From Amoeboaphelidium protococcarum X5 (taxonomy: Eukaryota > Fungi > Aphelidiomycota): a stretch of DNA of 64,000 nt. A model generated the notes under the pieces. That model did not search any database. It had not been told where the DNA came from and saw only the letters and a program-made list of their open reading frames with translations. This document shows positions 53,277-64,000 of the stretch, piece after piece. Each line of letters begins with the position of its first letter. Position 1 is the stretch's first letter. The position numbers and the translations under genes were made by a program. The DNA lies in contig JALDTO010000266.1 of NCBI GenBank assembly GCA_023515725.1, forward strand, positions 1,819,608 to 1,883,607. The letters are read 5' to 3'.

Positions 53277-54493
53277 TCATTCAGATATTTTTGGAATGTA
53301 TGCAACGTAAATTCCACAAACCACTTCGTTAGCTTAAACTTACTGTTTCAGTATAACACCATGATCAGTATTGACATCTACATTTTATATTGCATTAGAA
53401 TTTTCATTCATTAATGTGATAAAATGTCGTACTCAGTGTAATATCATTAGATGTTGTGTTATTCTAGTGATGTATGTTGAGTGCTTTAGACAAAGCTCGC
53501 GAGTCCACATTCACGATGTCATACATTGAAAAGGGGGACTCTTCCTCTACTTATTATTATTATCCAGAACATTGACTGCGACTATCATCACGCCGATGTA
53601 CACCAACTTCTACAATACTAAAAGATGGGTTGAGATGCACTATAGAACGCATGGATGATGATATTACAACTTACCACTTTCAGTTAATGCGCGCAGCTGA
53701 GAGAAATGGCTGGTGATTTACACTGATGCAGTTTCAACTCGAAACTTGCAATCACCATCTCTGTTAACGGCAATTGTTACATCATGGCTCAATCCTTTGA
53801 CACCATCTATCTGATTACGGAGTTTTTTCAGGTCCCGAAAAGTTAAAGATGTGCCCATTGGGTGCCACAGTATTTCTGATCCAGAGATTTGATCTTCCAC
53901 TGGAATGACGCGACATGGGACATCTTGACTGACATTGACACGCGACCCAGATTCACTCTACAATTCCATGTGCAATAAAATACGCTAAGATCTATATAAA
54001 GCGAACGACAATAGAGACTTACATAATGGGAGCAGATGAATGATAAGCAAGGAAGATCAAATCGTTTAGTCAATTTAACTTGAACTTGAATCGCCGTTTC
54101 AGATGATTTCAACGCTCGCAGTAAGTGATCGCCTGGACACTCCAAAGCAATTTGATTATCCGCCAAACTTTCCACCACGTATGACTCAAATAGACATTTC
54201 TACACCTAAAACGAATTACATAGATAGACAAATTTATCAATTGATGAGTATTACCGCATGGAATCTGTATCTGATGCAAGGGAACGCTGAAGTAGTTTGC
54301 ATTTGATCCAGAGGAGATGGTGCCAGAATAGACAGAAAGTCTGGTCTAAACACCAGAACAACATTTTTGCTCCACTTGGCACTCTCAATACTTTCTACAA
54401 AATCAAAATAAGAACAACAATAGTCTAAGATTATAGATTATTCAACTTACTAGTGACAATTTAAGCTTATGAAAACTTGAATTTTAATCTCAT
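53277..54493 (-). CDS. HUS1: Checkpoint clamp subunit Hus1 (9-1-1), several introns
   Basis: LFESYVVESLADNQIALE...LLRALKS...VKLTKR..LPCLSF; VSQDVP; VDSRALSK. Confidence 0.8.
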
Positions 54494-54654
54494 TTTAATT
54501 TCACTTTGTGGGCGGACAGTGCACGGCGCAATAAAGAAGTTGAAACAGACGCGTCAAAGTATCGATTGATAGATTGCGTGAAAGCTGTTATCGCAAAAAT
54601 ACAAGTAAAAAGTAAGAATGTAAATACGTGGAATGCAAATTAAATATAAACAAG

Positions 54655-57600
54655 TCACTGATTAATAATATCTGGCTGGGAATCAGGAATGACATCCTAA
54701 GTAGAATCAACTTCCATTGAACTATCCTTCACTTCTATGACAGCGGGCAAGCTTACAGTAGGTTCAGGCTCTACCACCATAGCATTATCATCCAAATTTT
54801 AAGACACATTACCAGCATCAATCTTTTCTTATTAGATAGTAATCAAGTCTTACTATGCAGTAGCATCAATCCTGTCATCCGTCTCTCTAACATCATCCGG
54901 CTCATCAGCAGTCTGCTTAATCTTTTTGCATTTACTCTTCATGGCTCTAATCAAAGCAGTGGCTCTACCCAAGATCATTTACTTTTCAATCACATTCTCA
55001 GTGACGACGTCATCTGCATCGTTTAACAAAACAATGTTAAGCCTCTGACAAAGCTCTTCCACTGGAACATGCAGATTAAAGTGCACAGTCTTCTAACCTT
55101 GAATGATTCTCCTCAACGATTTCAGTAAACACTTAAGTACGGCTTCCAAGTGCAGATCAGCTCTTTTCGCTTGACTCTGCGCTGATTATGAGACATCGAA
55201 ATCGTCCATCACGGAAACTTTATCGACTAGTATACCATTCAATAGACCATATCTGACATACAAGTACGAGTACAAATTCACACAAATGTCGTCCAATTTG
55301 TTGATGCTTTGTTCCAGAATTAACGGTTAGCCATGACTTAACGATTTCTACACTTCATTCGAGCATCTCTTGACAATGTCCGCCACGTTCTTGTAGAGTG
55401 TCAACAAGTCACCGATATTCACGCCATCATCAACTAAATCAATCCTCCGAGACTCACACAGCATCGCATCGTCAGGCAATGGAGACCAGAATAATTCAGA
55501 GTTGTTGTCACTACAAAGCTGGTAAAGTGGCATGAGACTAATCATTACAAATTACTCTGCAGCAACATTAGTCTTAGTAAACTGAATCCTCGTTAAATTC
55601 ATTGCAAACTACCACCATTTAGGTATCCCAATGAAGAGATTAATGAATTACTCATAAAAATGATCAATCACAGGAACGAGACAATTGGAGAGAAGCTAGT
55701 CAGAGTACCAGTAGTCTTTAGCGTTTATGCTCTTGCATATAGAAATAAGCACCTCAATATCCAACTACTTTGATGCCAGGTGAATAAACAGACTTGTATA
55801 CTTGGATAGGTTTCTAACATCTGCAAAGGGCTTCTCATAAGGCAGGTGCTTCAAATATATCTAACCAGATTTAGTATTATATAGAGGTGACATATACTGG
55901 TAAGCGAGAGCATAGAGCTACATGGTATTTTCAAATATATTCGGAGCCATGGAGCAGTTAGCAAGTCTATACAAGAAAGAGGAAAAAGAATACCTGGATG
56001 GATAATAGTCAGGATATACAGCGATGTGACTCTAAAATAAAAAGCACACACGCAAAATGGCCATCTCGATATTCAGAATAACGTCTTCCTAGAAAGGCAA
56101 CTAAAGTACATCAATATCACCGTCAAAATCGACAGACTACTTCTCGCTTAAGTTCAAGACCAGAACTGAATTCTTTAAAGCATCAAAGAGCAATAACTTG
56201 GCCAGCCATTTGATCCATGAATAAGATGCGTAAGCCTTAGGTAAAGTATCTTCATCACCGACAGCATCAATAAACTTGCAGTAATTGGTGTGAAGCACTG
56301 GGCAATCATTAAAGCCATAATCAACAAAAGACAAGCGGAGCTGGGATAGTGATAGCGAATTCTCTGATGGCTGCAGATTACATAACCGATTGCAACGCGC
56401 ATAAAATTTTTCAGTAACTACTAAAGGACGCCCCAATTTTCTAGAACATTTAGCCAACATGAATGACCACTCCCATGGCTCTTAAATCCTAAAATGTTTC
56501 AAGTCAGAGAAACTAGTCACCCGCGCATCTTTAATTAAAGTGATGCATTCAGTAAAACAGAATGCCGCAAATGACAACATACGCTGCTGGATAATTTGCT
56601 ATTAGTCACCAAAAGTACTGAGCCCAGCTCCATCTTTAAACAACTCTTGACGCGCCAAATGAAACTCGTTATAACCTCTTAAACTATCCTGAACAAGTTT
56701 ATCACCTCTTACACCAGACGCGAGATCATATGCAACATGACCTAATTCAGACAAGGCACAAATCGTTTTAATCAGGTCCGCCAAGCTAGTAGTAGCAGAC
56801 TAAATAACACAGCTTACAGAATATCTATAACACTGGAAGCACTAGTATAGAACAGAATTCAAACGCTTAATCTCATCCAAATCATCAGTGTCTGTCAACT
56901 GATTAAAGTAGGCAGATCCTAGAATGTACCACACCGTAAAGTCAAAGGGATTCAGGCACAAATGATTATGAGCAACCTAAACCAATTTTTCGTTCAAATC
57001 ATCATATAACTTCTCAGTAGGAGAAAAAGAGTCTCTGTACGTCACAAGCATAATCATCAGATCCTTGTAAATACGTCTCAAGGCTGGTGGCAACGTTTAG
57101 TTTCGATTCAAAATATGCTCACAAGGCTAAAGTCTAAAGTTCATCGCTAGCACCAGATCATTCAACATATCAACTGGACTTGATAGAGTATTCTCAATAA
57201 TAGCCTTATTCATGGAATAAAGCTAATCTTGCTCTAATAAAGAACCAACATCTTCTTAAATAATACCAGTGATGTTCTCAAGAATCGATATCCAGTAATT
57301 GATTGGTGATAAGTGGCCCTTTGCTTTGAACCACGGCTAGAGAGCAATGTCGTAAACTTGACCAACTTCAGAAGCTGAGAGTACACGCTTGGCGGGCATC
57401 AAATCCTTTTTAAGTGATGAAGTATGAGGCAAAATATCGTAACAAACCGTTTTGCAATTAAGCCCAAAAGCACACTGGCAACATTGCAAAACTTCAAGAA
57501 TCAGCCACTGGATTCTCCTAAACTCATCAGAGGATTGCTGTTGAATCTAAATTTACCTCAGCGATAACTCAACCAGTCGCTTAAGCAGATCAAAGTTAAA

Positions 57601-59805
57601 TTGACAGATACCGACTTGACCACACTCTGCATGATGCTCTACAAGATATGACAATTCTCGCTCATAATCATCCAACTTACGATTAAACTGACATATGTGA
57701 ACCATTCTCCATCCGTATACACAACCATACAGCGCCTGAACTTATTCAGATTCTCGCCGCGTCTCAAGAGTTAGAGTTTCGATAGTAGCAGATAATTTAA
57801 TGTAACTAAGCTCGCCATACGCCAAATCGAGATGACGTTTGAGCTCTTTAAAGTGGATGGTGAACTCAAAAGTCAGAATAAAGACTCTCATCATCACATC
57901 TCGTTACCAATCTTGTAATTACACCAAATGTTCTTTAAGCTTGTAGAGTTATGCAGCACAGTACCAAATGAAACTTAATGATACCAGCATTTTGCTATTA
58001 TAGACACTACTAACTACCTTATCCAGCAGAAACTGCAAAAATCTCCAAACAATAATAATGCGTCTTTCAATTAACGAATCCTTGGCATATTTCTACTCAA
58101 ACAGCTCAAAAATCAGGATAGCTTTATCATAAAAGTCCAATTGATTCAAAACCTGATGGATATCATCATCGCGGCACTCCAGCAAGGATAACTCAAACAT
58201 TTCGCAGAATCCATCAACATCTTTCACTACTTTATATGAATGTAACGCAGCAGACATTTCAGCTTTCAGAACGGTCAATTTCTCCATTTGCATTAAACTG
58301 TCCACCGAAATAATTTCCCGCAAAAGAATGAACTCGACAGGCTCATCAAGGGACTAGAATGCCAATTTACACTTTTAAATCAACTCTGAATGCCATGATA
58401 CTTGGGTAGGATATACCTATGAGGCCATCTTGTGAGCGAGCCAATAATATACACAAGCTAGACGTTAATCTCCAGATCCAAGATATCTTTAAAATATTCG
58501 GCAAAGATAGCTTTGGAATTGCTCTATTACTTAGTGCCAAAAGCCATCAATCTCCTAATGTACATCATCATCGGAACCAAAATGTATCATTACTAAAAGA
58601 AACGCTTACGAGAGCCATATGAGAACTTCATCGTCAAGCTTAAGACGGATTCCTCTGTCAGAAATTTATCGAATAAACTCAGCAACTTTCACACAATCAC
58701 AATGAGGTAGCACAGTTCTTTGATCAATCAGAAGCGTCACAGTATCAAGAAATACCTACAGAATAGATTTATCTCCATCAATCAAAGTAAAAGACTGCAA
58801 ATTCTCTGAGGAGAGTAGAATATCGCTCTGCTGAGACAAAAGACTTTTCCATTCAGCCATTTAAATCTAATCTTTCTATGGACCTGCATCATATACCGTC
58901 ACATGTTAAGATCTCTCGATATGATAAAAATACTCTCTGACATTGAAATACAAGTCTTTCTCAATATCCTCGTTACTCAGCTCAAGAGACTCCACCAGCG
59001 CTTCGCTCAGATAATAATGTTCCAGAAGATCATCAAGCTTCTACTTTCTCTTATTCGGACGATTAAGGGTTCTTCTAGACTATCTGATACTTTGTCCCTC
59101 CTCGTGAGGATTATCTTACTACTACTCTGCTACCGTCTCATCAACGATAGCCATAACATCTTGCACTTCCACACCAAGAATAAGCCCGCAGTTCCCGTTC
59201 TACTCGAATAATCTAATGAGAGATACTAACAACGAACTTAATGAATTAGGCAGAGTAAAATCCAAATTTACATTATGGTGGCCAACAATACCAAATTCCA
59301 TTGGCGTAACATCGCTCAAAAAATCACCACGTTAATGTAACTGATCTTTATCATCGGTAAGCATTGCTGCAATATTATAACATTAAACTGATAGAGCATG
59401 CATCTTCTACTTCTGATAGTGTCTAGATAGGAGAAGCCACGACTCAATATTAGCAGTGTTAGATTGACCATATTCAGTTAAAATGTTTTCCATCAATGAC
59501 GAATCTACATCATTCTACTACTGCAGTAACGAGACGTACTTTTTATAAGCCAGATATCGTAAAAGTTGCAGCTCGTTAGTGTACACTTGGAGATAATCAT
59601 TAGATACAACATGAGGGAGACTACGGAGATGTTCTATCACAGCACGAACTTTCTTCACATCATCACCACTGTCTTTAAAGAGTTTAAACACGTTCACTTG
59701 CACTTGATCTTTCTTTTTAAGTTACGCACTTTAGGTACTTGCCTTCTCTATTTAGTTGAGCACTTTCATCCTATTGCTGATGTCTGACAAGTAAATAATT
59801 CTCAT
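54655..59805 (-). CDS. HIR3: HIR3/CABIN1-like TPR histone chaperone subunit, about 1,716 aa
   Basis: Five standard-code ORFs share one frame from ATG 59805 to TGA; LCLNPFDFTVWYILG, WEWSFMLAKCSRK and QCAFGL resemble Hir3/Cabin1 motifs. Confidence 0.62.
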
Positions 59806-60089
59806 TGGGATAAAGAAACGCCAATGCGCAACGCGTGTGAAACGAAAAAAAGGGAGCTTGTCCTTACTGTTCTTCCACGGGCTAACAGACAACGTTTCGA
59901 ATGATAATGTACTGCTTACACACACAGCTTTTTTAAAACGCCATCGTAATTAAAATCTATATAAATGTGAGATATTAGCCACTACGGTCGTAAATTGTAT
60001 CACAGTTTCAATGTAATTTACCAAAGCAAATCATAGAACTAAACAACAATAATTACAGCACTGAAAAAACTAAATAAAACATCAATCAT

Positions 60090-60668
<579 letters not shown>

Positions 60669-60879
60669 AAACGTACTGTACAGTATATCACTTACTAGTT
60701 ACTCTTTTAGTACGCTGTGAGTGCTTCAGTAGTGATTTCATTAGCGAGCGCCTTTCGGTTTCGGTTGATTGAACGAGATTCTACTCTGTATTTTCTTGAG
60801 CGCGGAAAACAAGTGCTGAGCCATTAGTAATTTTATTAGTGGAATTCCATAAAATATTTAAAAACGTATATATTATAAA

Positions 60880-61226
60880 ATGGTAAGATTGTATTATATA
60901 CCCCATCTCATTGGGCCTTGAGGAGTAGCGAGAGACTTTATGACGACGAATTTTGGTCCAATGAACTTTGGGGATGCATGATGGAATGGAATATTAATCG
61001 TTTATAATTATTGTTGTTATGAGTGTAGGGAAAAGTACACGGTTCTTTGGCTCGTGCCGGTAAAGTGAAGGGACAGACACCTAAAGTGGACAAGTAGGAG
61101 AAGAAGAAGCCATTGACTGGTCGCGCAAAGAAGAGAATGCTCTACAACAAGAGATTTGTGAATGTTGTTGCCGGCTTTGCTGGTAAGAAGAGAAGAATGA
61201 ATCCATCTCCTGTCGAAAAGCCATGA
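60880..61226 (+). CDS. RPS30: 40S ribosomal protein eS30, intron 60883-61028
   Basis: [28 protein letters not shown] (second Q=TAG). Confidence 0.96.
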
Positions 61227-61384
61227 TTTCATTATCAGCGATGACCACCATGCATTGAATAAAAGAAAATACTTTATCGTCAGCTATTGTACTTATCCTT
61301 ACGTGGTACATATTCTCATTCGCCACTACTGGACTACTGATTATTACTTGTTATTTGGCGATGAATTTTTATTCCATATTAAAA

Positions 61385-62479
61385 TCACAGGGCCTCAAGA
61401 CGCGTCTTCTCCACTAATGTACACGTCCCGCCTTCGGAAGGGTCAAAAGCAAACTTGAAATATTCACCATTTTCAGTGATTGCAACAAGAGATTTCTCAC
61501 TGTCACCAAACTATATCTTGAATCGGGCACTAGTCAGAGAGATTGAGCAACGCGCAAATGATCGCTCCGGTTGGAAGTAAGCCGGTAGCATCGGATTTAT
61601 TTGCGACGGCGAAGCTTTGAGAGAATCGGATATCTACGCTGTATTATCTAGATGTTACTATGATGGTCTATATTGAGCACTAGAGGCAGCATCACTTTGT
61701 ACAGCAGCCAGTTTGAATACATGTATTGACCCAGTGTCGCTGCAGCACGCCAGAAATCTAGAATCTGCAGTCCAAACTAGATTGTAAATCGTCGCGTGTT
61801 CAGTACCGCGTCGAAACGTTTAAATCAGTTGACCAGCTGTGATATCAAACACGCGTATTAAAGTCCCCTTTATGCTGGCGGTGGCAATTAAATTACCGTC
61901 AGCACTTAGTTGAATGTTTTACAAGCGAGAGGTGTGAGCCTATATAACAGCCACATTTCTAGTATTTTAACCACCAATTAAATTTTAATCTTGAGTAATC
62001 ACTTGCAACACTTGAATTTAACCGACTTGAGTAGTTTACGCAGCAACAATCAGGTTATTAGTACTTTATACAGCACTACAGAGACCACTATAACTTTCAA
62101 CTGTATTAAATGAGTGAAGCAATCTAGGACTACGTTCAAACGAGTATATCACAATTCTGTTAATCAACACACAAATTATAGCATCTCGGGTCAATTATAC
62201 AGAAACTACCTCTTGATTAAACTCAACTTCAAACAAAAACTACTTTTTAGCTTCGTCCCAAATTCTGACCATATTGTTTAAACTTTATGGGATGAGAGCA
62301 ACAATATTACTTCGCTGCATGATCACAACAGTTCTAAATGGTGCCCCTTCGGCTTCAGTTAATCTCAGATTACCAAGTGCTTGTAGAGGGTCAACATTGT
62401 AGACAGCTATAAGCTGCTAGCTCTATACTGCTATGCAAGGCGAATTTTGAGAATGAAAAGCTTTGTTATTGTTCATCAT
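61385..62479 (-). CDS. PROPPIN beta-propeller (Hsv2/WIPI3-4 or Atg18 family), 364 aa
   Basis: AHTSRL, IATASIKGTLIRVFD, FRRG, SDTGSIHVF, LPAYFQPERSFA. Confidence 0.9.
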
Positions 62480-62833
62480 GGAATGGGTTTGAATACAATA
62501 AAATGGAAGATATAATGAAAGATTGAAAAGCGCGTTTGGTTGCCACTGTAGAATCACAAGATTTAGTATGATGGATACATAGTACTACAATTCACTCCGT
62601 CTCAAAGCTTCCCAAATCCGTCGAGCCTTGAGAGCAATGACCATTAGAGTGTGACTGATTCGCTAACAAACATATTCGTGTTTCAGAGTGACCTCAATGG
62701 CCAATCACGTCGATACTAATCTCTCACCGTATTGGTGGATGGGATCATCTTGGCTATTAAGAATTTTCACAGACTCTTCTTCTGTTTCCGAAATAAGTTA
62801 TATTAAAGTCTATTCATCAAAGTATCAAGGATA

Positions 62834-64000
62834 ATGTTTGCGGATTCTGAGCTAGTCGGGGTATTTGAGGATACAGAGAGATAATAATAACAACAAAGGT
62901 AAGACTCATGTTGTCGCTCTGATTGTTTCAAATATCATGATTTTAAAGGTGACGCGTGTAGTTATGGGATTCAACACTTCGGTATTGATGATTTGATTTC
63001 TAGCGATAGTGGCCAAAGAGGCCAAATGTAGCAAAGTGGCGCTCATTCTGATATCCAGACTTTAGGGTAGTCTCAGTCTTTTGGGTAGCAGCCAATGTAG
63101 TACGAAGTTTAGCGCTCGCCATAGCATGTGTCGCCTTTGAGTCCGCTTTAACTAAACCAAAATTTGCCTACTGTCAATGAGGATCACACATAGCAGAAGC
63201 TGACTATCGATACTTCTCTTGCATCTGCATCAAACTTTTAGTAGTCTTTGGCTTCTGGACTCCTGTCATCTGCTGCTATATAAAGTGCCAAATTCCAGAG
63301 TCCACCTAGCTGGCGTCGTCGCAATACGTACAACGCTGGCGATAGTGGCCCGCATTTCACGCCAACACAGTAACATGAAACCGTGTACAGTGGAGACAAG
63401 AGCCAGATGATGAAATTTAGTCTAACCGCAAAGCTGGATAAGGGCTTCTTTCTTGCTGACAATGACTGGACTTGTTATCGTCGTAACTATTTTTAATTAT
63501 CTGCCGCCTTTCAGTCATTCGCGTCAAGTGCTGTGGCTGGTGAAAATTCTTCAATGTTTCAGTGCCCTGTTGAAGAGCAGAATGCTGTGATTGTCCAAGG
63601 GGGATAAACCAAGCGCATTACTTCATTCAAAATTGGAGTATCTAGTCGTGTTGCTGCATCTCAGAAGTCTATTCAGTTGATTTAGCATACTAGCAAACGC
63701 GACAAAGGCCCGCAGAAGGTGCCTGGACCTCGTATCTGTCGATCTGGCGGACAGCTGATATCTCTATCCCCATTGCACGGTGCATCTGAAGCTATTTCGT
63801 GTGGAGATGATGTGGTGTGCTTTGAGAGAATTCAGTTCAAAAGCTCCACTGCCAACAACGGCAAGAGACGCACCGCTTAATAGTACTTTGTTTTGGACAT
63901 TTGTCTCTTTGCTGAGCTCTAGGATGGCTCAGACGTGAGAATTGCATCCACCACCTCTGCTCCTTTGATTGTGAGAGGACGTTCACCTGGACACTACGCT
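62834..64000 (+). CDS. NDT80/PhoG-family transcription factor; start approximate, runs off the window
   Basis: DKGFFLADNDWTCYRRNYFQ, QHTSKRDKGPQ, FERIQFKSSTANNGKRRTAQQYF, VRGRSPGHY. Confidence 0.93.

Overview
Gene-dense eukaryotic genomic DNA that uses a non-standard nuclear code. TAA/TAG read as Gln and only TGA terminates, so the supplied standard-code ORF track fragments nearly every gene. The code, the short GT-AG introns (mostly 60-76 nt) and the fungal-like genes suggest an aphelid such as Amoeboaphelidium protococcarum (inference). The flanks (about 1-11 kb and 39.7-64 kb) hold housekeeping genes: AGT, thiolase, TMEM184, a BRCT protein, an LRR protein, a Rab, tRNA-Glu, ANKRD13, RPB3, two SLC35 transporters, a SET protein, ANT1/PMP34, COG1-like, HUS1, HIR3, TAD2, RPS30, a PROPPIN and NDT80. 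The middle (about 12-39.4 kb) is an accessory island of at least 10 secreted Gly/Ser/Pro/Cys-rich proteins, six of which share a positioned ATGTAAC+TATA promoter. Mobile DNA is interspersed: (i) a frameshifted ~1,160-aa fusion of an XPG/FEN1-type nuclease to a Fanzor/TnpB RuvC nuclease, plus a second partial copy carrying a solo LTR; (ii) an unrelated decayed Fanzor1-like gene; (iii) a pogo transposon with perfect TIRs, an intact transposase and a convergent second ORF. The XPG-Fanzor fusion is the best candidate for an undescribed system. All translations were done by eye and no database searches were run.
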